Shown here: positions 19,559 through 28,855 of the stretch, piece after piece | How positions within the stretch are numbered: position 1 is the stretch's first letter | How the letters are laid out: every line of letters starts with the position of its first letter | From: Gemmatimonadota bacterium | Lineage (GTDB): Bacteria > JBHIER01 > G020348925 | Direction of reading: 5' to 3' | DNA: 40,870 nt | NCBI GenBank assembly: GCA_020348925.1 | Contig: CP070758.1 | Span: 1,729,160-1,770,029 of the forward strand | The notes under the pieces: generated by a model | Databases searched by the model: none | What the model saw: the letters and a program-made list of their open reading frames with translations, nothing else | What the model was told of the DNA's origin: nothing | Translations under genes and position numbers: made by a program

Positions 19559-20943
19559 ATACATCCGATACCCTGAAGGGCTACAAAGGCAGTGCCAAGG
19601 CCAAGCTCAAAGAGATGGGCGTGAGGGTCTGGAGCGACGTGGTCGTCAGGACGGCCAAAGGTGAATTTAAGGGGGTTATCCTTCCCCGGAGTGAGACTGA
19701 GGACGATCGACACGTCGTGCTCAAGCTTCATTCCGGTTACAACGTGGGGGTCCGCGTCGACACCATCCAATCGATCGAAGAACTGGGTTACAAGGAAGCC
19801 CATTACAAGATCCCCGAACGCGACTTCCCCCAGGATGCCGCCAAACCCAACGTCACACTTTTGGGCACGGGGGGAACCATCGCCAGTCGCTTGGATTACC
19901 GGACCGGGGCCGTCATTCCGGCCTTCACCCCTGGGGAATTGTACGGAGCCGTGCCTGAGCTGGCCGATATCTGCAACCTCAAGACCATAAAGCTCTACGG
20001 TGTCTTCAGCGAAAATATGGGGCCGGAGCAATATGTCGCCACCGCTCGGGCCATTGAAAAAGAGATCGAGGCAGGTGTTGACGGGATCGTTATCGGCCAC
20101 GGCACGGATACGATGCACCACACATCGGCCATTCTCTCCTTCATGGTGCAGAACTCTCCCGTCCCCATCGTCCTGGTCGGTTCCCAGCGCTCCAGTGACC
20201 GCCCCTCCAGTGATGCCGCCCTGAATCTCATCAATGCCGTCCGCTCGGCGGCTTACGGCGATATTGCCGAGGTGGTCGTATGCATGTTCGGACCGACGAG
20301 TGATGAATACGATCTTCTGCATCGCGGTACCCGCGTCCGTAAAATGCACTCCAGCTACCGCAGCACCTTCCGCACCATCGGCGACATCCCCTTGGCCATG
20401 GTCTACCCCGACCGGTTTACCTATCTTACCTCCGATTACAATATGCGACGGAAAGATCGCCTTGTACAAGTCGATACGGCCTTTGAGGAGAAAGTGGCCA
20501 TTGTCTATTATTACCCCAACATGCAGCCCGATATCATTGAATCACTCATCGATCATCAGTACAAAGGAATCGTCATCGCCGGCACCGGTCTCGGCCACGT
20601 CAACAAGCCTCTCTATAAACCTCTCAAAAAGGCTATTGATAGCGGGATCTCCGTCGTGATGACGGTGCAGACCTTATGGGGTTACGTCCAGATGTACGTC
20701 TACGACACCGGACGCGATCTCCTGGACATCGGCGTTATCCCCTTGGAAAATATGCTGCCCGAAACGGCCTACATGAAGCTCTGCTGGGTCTTGGGGCACA
20801 CTACGGAACACGAAAAGGTTCGGGAGATGATGCTTACCCCTATCAACCATGAGACAACCGAGCGGGAACCCCACAACGGCTACCTCATCTTACAGGGAGG
20901 TATTCCGGAGGTGGACACCTTTGTATCGTCACTCAGGAAATAG
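19555..20943 (+). CDS. gatD: Glu-tRNA(Gln) amidotransferase subunit D
   Basis: GatD N-terminal domain (VLKLHSGYNVGV); asparaginase-fold TGGTIAS and HGTDTM; GSQRSSDRPSSD and RKMHSSYRSTF; ATGA overlap with the gatE stop. Confidence 0.95.
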   Translation: MNTSDTLKGYKGSAKAKLKEMGVRVWSDVVVRTAKGEFKGVILPRSETEDDRHVVLKLHSGYNVGVRVDTIQSIEELGYKEAHYKIPERDFPQDAAKPNVTLLGTGGTIASRLDYRTGAVIPAFTPGELYGAVPELADICNLKTIKLYGVFSENMGPEQYVATARAIEKEIEAGVDGIVIGHGTDTMHHTSAILSFMVQNSPVPIVLVGSQRSSDRPSSDAALNLINAVRSAAYGDIAEVVVCMFGPTSDEYDLLHRGTRVRKMHSSYRSTFRTIGDIPLAMVYPDRFTYLTSDYNMRRKDRLVQVDTAFEEKVAIVYYYPNMQPDIIESLIDHQYKGIVIAGTGLGHVNKPLYKPLKKAIDSGISVVMTVQTLWGYVQMYVYDTGRDLLDIGVIPLENMLPETAYMKLCWVLGHTTEHEKVREMMLTPINHETTEREPHNGYLILQGGIPEVDTFVSSLRK

Positions 20944-20996
20944 GACTACTGCATTCACGAACCATCAATTATTACGGAGATCTCTGCTATTTCCCC

Positions 20997-21044
20997 TTGA
21001 TCGTTTTCAAAGAAACCATTATCTTAGCTAAAAAGTTGACTAAG
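20997..21044 (+). promoter_or_regulatory. TA operon promoter and probable operator
   Basis: TTGATC-N17-TATCTT followed by TTAGCTAA and TTGACTAA (near-)palindromes within a CTTAG...CTAAG inverted repeat. Confidence 0.55.
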
Positions 21045-21056
21045 GAGGTGGCTTCG

Positions 21057-21284
21057 ATGTACCAGGTCAATATACATGAGGCGAAAACGAATCTGTCCAA
21101 GCTCATTAAAAAAGTGGTGGACGGGGAAGAGGTCGTTATCGCCAAAGGAAATAAGCCTCTCGTAAAAATGGTTTTGCTGAACGGAAAGAAACCCAAACGG
21201 ACATTGGGGAGCGCGAAAGGCACATTGAAAATCTCCAAAGACTTCGATGCGCCTTTGAAAGATTTTGAAGAGTATATCAGGTGA
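21057..21284 (+). CDS. Type II TA antitoxin, Phd/YefM family
   Basis: VNIHEAKTNLSKLI..GEEVVIAKGNKPLVKMV; AAGGAGG RBS. Confidence 0.92.
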   Translation: MYQVNIHEAKTNLSKLIKKVVDGEEVVIAKGNKPLVKMVLLNGKKPKRTLGSAKGTLKISKDFDAPLKDFEEYIR

Positions 21285-21667
21285 AGTATTTAATCGATAC
21301 GCACACCCTGCTCTGGATCCTGACAGATGACTCCAGATTAAGTAAAAAAGCAAAACGTTACTATCTTGATCCCCAAAATGAGATTCTGTTCAGTATGGCA
21401 GGTATTTGGGAACTGGCAATAAAATCAAGTCTGGGCAGACTCTCATTGGAGAAGTCCCTGGAGGAATTTGTAATGAAACATATCAAGGGTAACGACATTG
21501 GTATCTTACATATTGAGCTTCCTCACGTCTTGAGAGTAGAGCAATTACCCTTTCATCATCGGGATCCCTTCGATCGATTGCTCATTTCCCAGTCGATCGA
21601 AAATGATTTGCCGATAATCAGTTCTGACAAAACTCTTGACCGCTACAGAATACAACGCATCTGGTAA
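21281..21667 (+). CDS. vapC: Type II TA toxin, VapC/PIN family
   Basis: YLIDTHTLLW, SMAGIWELAIK and HHRDPFDRLLISQ motifs; GTGA overlap with the antitoxin gene. Confidence 0.92.
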   Translation: MKYLIDTHTLLWILTDDSRLSKKAKRYYLDPQNEILFSMAGIWELAIKSSLGRLSLEKSLEEFVMKHIKGNDIGILHIELPHVLRVEQLPFHHRDPFDRLLISQSIENDLPIISSDKTLDRYRIQRIW

Positions 21668-21670
21668 AAA

Positions 21671-22519
21671 TTGAGCAACGACAAGGATAAGATAAAGAAA
21701 CAAGACGTACTACTGGGCATCAAGCACGGGAGAACGTTATCCCAGATTCTGTTTCTGGGTCTGACCGTCTGGGTAGCCTACCGCATGCTGAGCGGCGTGC
21801 GGGGGGCGACCATCGAGAAGTACTGTCCCTTCGGCGGCGTCGAGACGCTGTTCCCCTGGCTCAACAAGACCGGAACGCTGTGCAGCCTGTCCACGATGAA
21901 TATCTCTGTGCTTGCCGGTGTTCTCCTCATCACGCTTCTTTACAAACGCGCCTTCTGCAGCCACATCTGCCCGGTGGGCGCTCTGTCCGAGTGGATTGCT
22001 CTTATCGGCCGCCGTTACATCATAAAATCCCGGCGTGTGCCCTCGAAAGTAGACCGCCCACTGAAGTGGCTCAAATATCCTGTGCTCGCACTCATCGTCT
22101 GGGGCACAGTCCGTGTCGGGGAACTGATCTTTCGTGAAGTCGATCCGTACTATGTCCTCTTCACCCTCGGTCGCGGCCACGGGATTGCGGAGGGCGTCAT
22201 AGGGATCGGCGGTTACAGCCTCGTCATCATCCTTATCCTATTCGGCCTCAACGTCGTGCTTCCACTGGCCTTCTGCAAGTATCTCTGTCCCATGGCGGCC
22301 TGTCTCAACCCTCTGTCCAGAATAGGATTGATTCGCGTTCGACGAAACCCGGACACGTGCATTGACTGCAGACGGTGCGATGTGACCTGTCAGTGGGGGG
22401 TCAAGGTGTCGGACGTGGGCAGTGTTGGAAGCGCAGAATGCAGCAACTGCCAGGACTGCGTGCGCAGCTGCCCGGTACCGGATACGCTCACATTGAGTTT
22501 CGGAAGGAGTCGATCATGA
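21671..22519 (+). CDS. Polytopic membrane 4Fe-4S protein (NapH/MauN/YccM-like)
   Basis: FCSHICPVG and FCKYLCPM motifs plus two C-terminal CxxCxxCxxxC motifs; TM helices. Confidence 0.85.
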   Translation: MSNDKDKIKKQDVLLGIKHGRTLSQILFLGLTVWVAYRMLSGVRGATIEKYCPFGGVETLFPWLNKTGTLCSLSTMNISVLAGVLLITLLYKRAFCSHICPVGALSEWIALIGRRYIIKSRRVPSKVDRPLKWLKYPVLALIVWGTVRVGELIFREVDPYYVLFTLGRGHGIAEGVIGIGGYSLVIILILFGLNVVLPLAFCKYLCPMAACLNPLSRIGLIRVRRNPDTCIDCRRCDVTCQWGVKVSDVGSVGSAECSNCQDCVRSCPVPDTLTLSFGRSRS

Positions 22520-22887
22520 AGATCCCGCTCGGATGGCTGACCCCGTTGGTTCTTGTGTCCTTCATCGGCGTCATTCTCGCCGCCAACCTCTGGGAGCTGC
22601 CCACCCAACAGCATCAGTTCGGGGAGACCTCCGCGAAAACTCAAGAGATCCAGATGATTGTGGACGGCCTCCGCTGCCGCGGGACCTCGAACTTCTTTTT
22701 GAGCAAACTGTCCGATGTGGACGGACTGATATCGGTCAATACATTCGTGCAGGAGCACCGCGCCGTTATCGTCTTCGATCCAGCCCGGATCTCGGTGGAG
22801 GAGATCCGGAGGATGATCGAAGCTCCGGTTCGCCTCCGGAACGGCCGCATCGTCCAGCCCTTCGCTGTGCGAGAAGTCTGGGAATAA
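22516..22887 (+). CDS. Membrane-anchored heavy-metal-associated (HMA)-like domain protein
   Basis: N-terminal TM segment, then VDGLRCRGTS...DGLISV...AVIVFDPARISVEEI; ATGA overlap with the upstream gene. Confidence 0.7.
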   Translation: MKIPLGWLTPLVLVSFIGVILAANLWELPTQQHQFGETSAKTQEIQMIVDGLRCRGTSNFFLSKLSDVDGLISVNTFVQEHRAVIVFDPARISVEEIRRMIEAPVRLRNGRIVQPFAVREVWE

Positions 22888-23059
22888 CCCGAAGGCTTCA
22901 CCATACTGCTGCGTAATTGGGCCGAAAAACCCTCACAGACAGGAACGTCACCGCAATATTCGGGCGGCTGACAGCCGATTTCCAAAAATTGCCGCTTTTT
23001 CGGGTTGTGGAAGTTCACTCGTACACCCGTTTATTTCTTTCATTCAATAGGAGGTAGAA

Positions 23060-23907
23060 ATGAAAGCCCTGCTTCTCTTCTTTGCATGTTGCTCGGCCGC
23101 CTATGCAACAAACAGTGATCTGTCACTCGAGATCAACTCCTCTCCCGATTCGGCACAAGTCTATGTAAACTACCAGTTGAAGGGCACGACACCTCTCTCA
23201 CTCAGCTCGCTTCCGCAATGAAATTTCGCGCTCACCTTAGAGAAAGGGAGATACGAACCGTTTCAAATGCAATTCTCTGAATCACATGGGAAATATCGGA
23301 TGGGAATTGATTTAATCAAACCATTGATCGCAAGGGACATAGAGAAGAACACAAAACACTTCAGATTAACAAAAAGAATCGTTTCGGGCATAAACTTTGC
23401 GCTCACCATAGGCGGTATTCTGTTCAGTCGAAGGGCATCCATTGAGTTTGAAGATTACGAGAAAGCCCTCTTTTTTAACAGCGATCCATCAACGTATGTC
23501 GAATCCAATGTTGACAGGTCGAACGTCTTCATAATCTCAGGCACAGAAACAAGTTTTATTCCATCTGCTCTGAATTTTTTCCTCTTTCCCGCAATAATAC
23601 TTATACGGGGAACCATGCCTATTATTTCGATAAAAAATACGTGCAGTCCAGGCAGACGGATTGTTTCATCAGTGCGGTTGTTCATCTGATAGGTGCATTG
23701 GTCTTGAATGGCGAACTCAATAAAATCGAAGAAGATGAAAAGAGCGCTCTCTGGAAAAGCGATTTTTCCGGGATGAACAGGAAAAAGAGTTTTCGGGCAG
23801 CTTCCAATATCATGTTTGCGTTGGGTGCCATTGACTTACTGCATGCGCTATACCTGCATCTCAGGAAACCGGAGGTACAAGACTACATCGAATTTGAACC
23901 TTATTAG
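23060..23907 (+). pseudogene. PEGA domain-containing protein, disrupted
   Basis: AGGAGG RBS, signal peptide and PEGA motif (INSSPDSAQVYVN..KGTTPLSL..LPQ*NFALTLEKGRY) with an in-frame TGA at 23219-23221; probable frameshift near 23600-23640. Confidence 0.7.
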
Positions 23908-24107
23908 GCCTTGCCGGCAATCAGTCCAGCCCCAGATGAGTCCTCAATACCATTCTGGAACGCGGTGAATGTTCAGAAATAGATAATAGCATTCCTGGCT
24001 TATTCGTACGGCTTCTTTGCTCAATAACGAACCGCAGAGCCTGGATATTAGTAACTCGAGGTTATCTTGACGGAGAAATTCAATTGAAATTCCTGCCAAA
24101 AAAAATC

Positions 24108-24136
24108 TTGATATTTCAATTCCTTTGATTTAATAT
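24108..24136 (+). promoter_or_regulatory. Putative sigma70 promoter of the sdhA operon
   Basis: TTGATA-N17-TAATAT about 150 nt upstream of the start. Confidence 0.5.
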
Positions 24137-24284
24137 ATTCCAGAACAGCCAGACATAAATTTGTCGGACTTCAGAACGGGAACTCTCGAATCATGTGATT
24201 GTCAGAACTCTCGCCTGGAGCATGAAATATTCGATTTCAACACCAGCCACAATTAAAAAAGAGAGAGTATAAGAGGAATTCACA

Positions 24285-26003
24285 GTGGGAGAATGTCTTA
24301 TTAAACAAGTGCTCGTTATCGGAGGAGGGCTGGCTGGTTTGCGGGCGGCTATCGCCGCCCACGATGCCGGATGCGACGCAGCCGTGCTCTCCAAGGTGTA
24401 CCCCATCCGCTCCCATTCGGGCGCGGCCCAGGGCGGGATAAACGCCGCTCTGGCCAATCATCCTGAAGGTAAAGACGATTCCTGGGAGCGCCACGCCTTC
24501 GATACCATCAAGGGCTCGGACTATTTGGCCGACCAACCGCGAGTTGAAATTCTGACCCAGGAGGCACCGGAACGGGTCCTGGAAATGGAGCACTGGGGCA
24601 CATACTTCAGCCGCACTCCCGATGGACACATCGCCCAGCGTCCCTTCGGCGGAGCCGGTTTTCCCCGCACCTGCTATGCCGCCGACCGGACCGGCCATCA
24701 CCTGCTTCACACCCTGTGGGAACAATGCCTCAAGAGGAATATAACCCTTTACAACGAATGGCTTATAACCTGTCTCGTTGTTCACGGAGGACGGGTCTTC
24801 GGTGCGATCTCTCTCCATATCCCGACCGGCCAATTACAGGCTTTTGGCGCTCATGCGATTATCATCGCCGGTGGCGGTCACGGCCGAATCTTCGCCAAAT
24901 CGACCAACGCCTACATCAACACCGGCAGCGCCACGGCTGCCGCCTTTCGGGCGGGGGTACCTTTAGAGGACATGGAGTTCGTCCAGTTTCACCCCACCAC
25001 CCTGTACGGCACCAATATCCTTATCACAGAAGGTGTGCGAGGTGAAGGGGGCATTCTCGTGAATGCCAAGGGGGAGCGCTTTATGGAGCGGTACGCATCC
25101 ACAGTGATGGAGCTGGGTCCCCGTGATATCGTCGCCAGAGGCATTCAGACTGAGATTGACGAAGGCAGAGGATTTAAAGGGAAATATGGGAGTTACGTGC
25201 ACCTTGACGTGCACCACCTGGGCGCCGACGTCATCAAGACGAGGCTGCCGGGCATCCGACAGATCGCCATGGACTTTGCCGGAGTCGATCCCATCGAAGC
25301 GCCCATTCCCATTCAACCCGGCCAGCACTATTCCATGGGCGGCCTGGCCTGCGACGAGAACGGTCAGACACCTATCGAGGGACTCTTTGCCGTCGGCGAA
25401 TGCTCCTGCGTCAGCGTCCACGGGGCCAACAGGTTGGGCGGCAACTCCCTCCTGGAGACCATTATCTTCGGAAAGCGAGCCGGGGAGCAGGCCGCGAATA
25501 TAGCAAAAAATGCGGACAAGCCAGGCTCTGAATCTGTTTTGAACGATGTGCTCCGTGAGCAGGAAGCCGATATCAAAAGCCTGAAAGCTCGGACAAAAGG
25601 GGAGCGCCAGATCACGATCCGCCGACGAATGCAGGCTGAGATGACTGAGAAGGTGGGTCTTTTCAGAGAAGAAAAATCCCTCACGAAGACTGTGGAAAAA
25701 CTGGCCCAGCTCAAGGAGGAATACAAGAAGGTTATTATCGACAACAAGGGTGATGCTTTCAATTACGATTTAATGGATGCACTGGAACTGGGCGGTATGC
25801 TGGAACTGGCTGAGGTGACGGCTCAGACTGCGTTGAGGCGGAGGGAGTGCCGGGGCAGCCACTGGCGAACAGACCATCCCAGTCGAAAGGACGAGGAGTG
25901 GATGAAACACAGCCTGGCTTTTTTCAATCCGGAGGGACCACCACGCATTGAATATGAAGATGTTCTCATTACCACATACGAGCCCACCGTGCGAAAATAT
26001 TAG
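24285..26003 (+). CDS. sdhA: Succinate dehydrogenase/fumarate reductase flavoprotein subunit
   Basis: GGGLAGL, RSHSGAAQGG (covalent-FAD His), EFVQFHPT, TEGVRGEGG, HYSMGG and HGANRLGGNSL. Confidence 0.95.
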   Translation: MGECLIKQVLVIGGGLAGLRAAIAAHDAGCDAAVLSKVYPIRSHSGAAQGGINAALANHPEGKDDSWERHAFDTIKGSDYLADQPRVEILTQEAPERVLEMEHWGTYFSRTPDGHIAQRPFGGAGFPRTCYAADRTGHHLLHTLWEQCLKRNITLYNEWLITCLVVHGGRVFGAISLHIPTGQLQAFGAHAIIIAGGGHGRIFAKSTNAYINTGSATAAAFRAGVPLEDMEFVQFHPTTLYGTNILITEGVRGEGGILVNAKGERFMERYASTVMELGPRDIVARGIQTEIDEGRGFKGKYGSYVHLDVHHLGADVIKTRLPGIRQIAMDFAGVDPIEAPIPIQPGQHYSMGGLACDENGQTPIEGLFAVGECSCVSVHGANRLGGNSLLETIIFGKRAGEQAANIAKNADKPGSESVLNDVLREQEADIKSLKARTKGERQITIRRRMQAEMTEKVGLFREEKSLTKTVEKLAQLKEEYKKVIIDNKGDAFNYDLMDALELGGMLELAEVTAQTALRRRECRGSHWRTDHPSRKDEEWMKHSLAFFNPEGPPRIEYEDVLITTYEPTVRKY

Positions 26004-26048
26004 AGGAAATACAGTGCCCACCTTTACAAGCAAGAAAGGAGGAACATC

Positions 26049-26669
26049 ATGAGCACCATCAAAGTAAACATCATCTTCCACAGCTTTTACGGCCATATCT
26101 ACCGCATGGCCGAGGCCATCGCCGAAGGCGCCAGGGAGATTGAGGGCAGTGAGGTGAACCTTTTTCAAGTCCCCGAGACGCTTTCTGAGGACGTACTGGC
26201 CAAAATGGGTGCCTTGGAACCGAAAAAAACCTTTGCCCACATTCCAGAGGCGACGATGGATCATCTTGAAAAGGCTCACGCCATCATCCTCGGCACACCC
26301 ACCAGGTTCGGCAATATGACGGCACAGATGCGGGCCTTTCTCGACAGAACCGGTCAACTCTGGGCAAAGGGGACTCTCGACGGCAAGGTCGGCAGTGTCT
26401 TCACCTCCAGCAACACTCAACACGGGGGGCAGGAAACCACAATCGTCAGTACGCACTTTACACTGCTTCATCAGGGCATGATTATTGTCGGTCTACCCTA
26501 CACCTTTCAGGGGCAGTCGCGCATCGATGAAATCACTGGTGGCTCCCCCTACGGTGCGTCGACAATAGCCGGTAGTCGTGGTGACCGCATGCCCAGTGAG
26601 AACGAGCTGGATGCAGCGCGTTTTCAGGGAAAGCGTGTGGCCGAAATCGCGAAGCGCCTCTTCGGATAA
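26049..26669 (+). CDS. wrbA: NAD(P)H:quinone oxidoreductase WrbA
   Basis: SFYGHI, GTPTRFGNM, QHGGQETT and GGSPYGASTIAG; AGGAGG RBS. Confidence 0.95.
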   Translation: MSTIKVNIIFHSFYGHIYRMAEAIAEGAREIEGSEVNLFQVPETLSEDVLAKMGALEPKKTFAHIPEATMDHLEKAHAIILGTPTRFGNMTAQMRAFLDRTGQLWAKGTLDGKVGSVFTSSNTQHGGQETTIVSTHFTLLHQGMIIVGLPYTFQGQSRIDEITGGSPYGASTIAGSRGDRMPSENELDAARFQGKRVAEIAKRLFG

Positions 26670-26682
26670 AAAGGATCCGGGG

Positions 26683-27414
26683 ATGGCTGCGAAGAATTTT
26701 ACCTTTCGCATTCGACGGTTCGATCCCGAACGTGACAAGGAACCTCATTTCGAGGGGTATTCTTTAGATGTTTCCGAGGACATGACGGTCCTCGAATCAC
26801 TCCTGAGAATTCAGACAGAACAGGACGGTACTCTATCTTTCCGCTACGCCTGCCGGGGTGCCGTGTGCGGCTCCTGCGCCATGGTCATCAACGGCCGCAT
26901 TGACCTGGCCTGCCGCAGCCAGGTGCAGGTTCTCAACCAGGAGACAATCACCATCGAGCCATTACCTCATCTTTCGGTGATCAAAGACCTTGTGGTGGAT
27001 ATGGATCTGTTCTTGAGCAAGAACCAAACCGTTCAGCCGTGGTTGCAGCCAATTGGACATGAGCCTGAGCGGGAGAATTTGGTCGATCCGGTACAATGGG
27101 CCGAGGCGGAACCTTATACCAACTGCATCCTGTGCGCCTCATGCTACGGCGTCTGTCCGAAGGCCGGACAGGATCCGGACTATCTCGGACCCGCGGCTCT
27201 GGCCAAGCACTACCGCTTTCTGGCGGACATAAGAGACAAGGCGGACGAAACGCGCCTTGCACTCGTCAATAACGACCACGGAATCTGGGGTTGTGATATG
27301 GTCTGGAACTGTGTGGAGATATGTCCCAAGGGTGTTCCGCCCACCCAGGGTATCGGTAAAACCCGCGCTCGCATACGACGGGCCCAACGGGATCAAGAGA
27401 AGGGACACACGTAA
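26683..27414 (+). CDS. sdhB: Succinate dehydrogenase/fumarate reductase iron-sulfur subunit
   Basis: CRGAVCGSC...C (2Fe-2S), CILCASCYGVCP (4Fe-4S) and CDMVWNCVEICP (3Fe-4S type). Confidence 0.93.
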   Translation: MAAKNFTFRIRRFDPERDKEPHFEGYSLDVSEDMTVLESLLRIQTEQDGTLSFRYACRGAVCGSCAMVINGRIDLACRSQVQVLNQETITIEPLPHLSVIKDLVVDMDLFLSKNQTVQPWLQPIGHEPERENLVDPVQWAEAEPYTNCILCASCYGVCPKAGQDPDYLGPAALAKHYRFLADIRDKADETRLALVNNDHGIWGCDMVWNCVEICPKGVPPTQGIGKTRARIRRAQRDQEKGHT

Positions 27415-27437
27415 TACGAAACACGCAAGAGAAAACC

Positions 27438-28820
27438 ATGAGAACCGAACGAGACGTTATAGGAGAGATCCAAATCCCAGACAAAGCCTTGTGGGGCGCG
27501 CAGACCCAGAGGGCTATTGAGAATTTTCCCATCTCCGGCCTCCGCTTCGGACGGAGGTTCATTCAGGCTCTGGGTTTGGTGAAAAGAGCGTGCGCCCTGG
27601 CAAACAGCGACCTGAGCCTGCTGGATAAAGAATTGGGAGAAGCTATCACACGAGCGTGCGATGAGGTTATTGAAGGGAAGTGGGACGACCAGTTTCCCCT
27701 GGACATTTTCCAGACAGGCTCCGGTACATCGACCAACATGAACGCCAACGAGGTCATCGCCAACCGGGCGATACAATTGCTGGGGGGTACGGTCGGCACG
27801 AAGAATCCGGTCCACCCCAACGATCATGTCAACATGAGTCAATCCAGCAACGACTTTTTTCCCACGACCATTCATGTGGCGGCAGTCCTGGCCCTGCGCG
27901 ACGAGCTCATTCCGGCCCTGGAACATCTGCGCGATGCCCTTTCTGAAAAGGCCAGGGCTTTCGACCATATCGTCAAGGCGGGCCGCACGCACCTTCAGGA
28001 TGCCACGCCGATCCGCCTCGGACAGGAGTTCGGTGGCTACAGAACCCAGATCGAAAAATCCATCGAGCGGGCATACAGCGCGATCGACGCTTCGAATGAA
28101 CTGCCCTTGGGCGGTACGGCCGTAGGGACTGGGGTTAACCGCCTGAAAAAGTTTCCTCAAAAAGCCATAGACTACCTGAACGAATCTCTTGGTACGAACT
28201 TTTACGAAGCCGTAAACCACATCGAGGCCAACGCCGCCCGCGACTCCATTGTGGAAGCTTCGGGTCAACTGAAGACTATCGCCGTGAGCTTGACGAAAAT
28301 TGCCAACGATATCCGCTGGCTCGGCTCAGGTCCCCGCAGCGGCCTTGGGGAGCTGCGCCTCCCTGCCTTACAGCCCGGCTCGTCCATCATGCCCGGCAAG
28401 GTCAATCCGGTCATGGGTGAGGCCCTAATTATGGTGGCCGCCCAGGTCATCAGCCACGATGCTGCTATAACCCAGGGAGGATTGGATAGCCACTTCGAGT
28501 TGAACACCATGATGCCGCTCATAGCGTACAATCTCATCAGCTCCATTGAATGGATGGCCAAGGTCCTGAGGGCTTTTACCGACAGATGCGTCGTTGGCCT
28601 CGAGGCGGACGAGGAGCGCTGCCGCGAGACCGTGGAGCGAAATCTGGCCCTGGCCACGGCTTTGGCTCCGGTCATCGGCTACGACAGGGCCGCTGACATC
28701 AGCAAGGAGGCTTATCGGAGTGGTCGAACGGTACGGGAGGTGGCTCTGGATTGGAAGGTGCTTCCTCCTGAAGAACTGGACACGCTGCTCGATCCGTCCA
28801 AGATGACGGAACCCGATTAA
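27438..28820 (+). CDS. fumC: Class II fumarate hydratase
   Basis: WGAQTQRA, QTGSGTSTNMN, HPNDHVN, GRTHLQDA and GSSIMPGKVNP. Confidence 0.93.
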   Translation: MRTERDVIGEIQIPDKALWGAQTQRAIENFPISGLRFGRRFIQALGLVKRACALANSDLSLLDKELGEAITRACDEVIEGKWDDQFPLDIFQTGSGTSTNMNANEVIANRAIQLLGGTVGTKNPVHPNDHVNMSQSSNDFFPTTIHVAAVLALRDELIPALEHLRDALSEKARAFDHIVKAGRTHLQDATPIRLGQEFGGYRTQIEKSIERAYSAIDASNELPLGGTAVGTGVNRLKKFPQKAIDYLNESLGTNFYEAVNHIEANAARDSIVEASGQLKTIAVSLTKIANDIRWLGSGPRSGLGELRLPALQPGSSIMPGKVNPVMGEALIMVAAQVISHDAAITQGGLDSHFELNTMMPLIAYNLISSIEWMAKVLRAFTDRCVVGLEADEERCRETVERNLALATALAPVIGYDRAADISKEAYRSGRTVREVALDWKVLPPEELDTLLDPSKMTEPD

Positions 28821-28855
28821 TGGGGGTCTTAATGGGGGTCGTCTTAATGGGGGTC
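28817..28855 (+). repeat. Three copies of the 12-mer TTAATGGGGGTC
   Basis: Copies at 28817-28828, 28829-28840 and 28844-28855; the first includes the fumC stop codon. Confidence 0.95.

Noticed and set aside
19555-20943. Ordinary L-asparaginase next to gatB
   Set aside because: The GatD-specific N-terminal domain, the QRSSDRPSSD motif and the GatE-type insertion in the partner gene favour GatDE.
23219-23221. TGA recoded as Gly (code 25), Trp or selenocysteine
   Set aside because: TGA is a real stop elsewhere (ATGA/GTGA overlaps at gatE/gatD, the TA pair and the rsbW pair). The position is not a Cys site, and the gene has a second lesion.
24108-24119. FNR/CRP box at the sdhA promoter (TTGA-TATT-TCAA)
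   Set aside because: It is two bases shorter than TTGAT-N4-ATCAA, and AT-rich DNA makes such short palindromes likely by chance.
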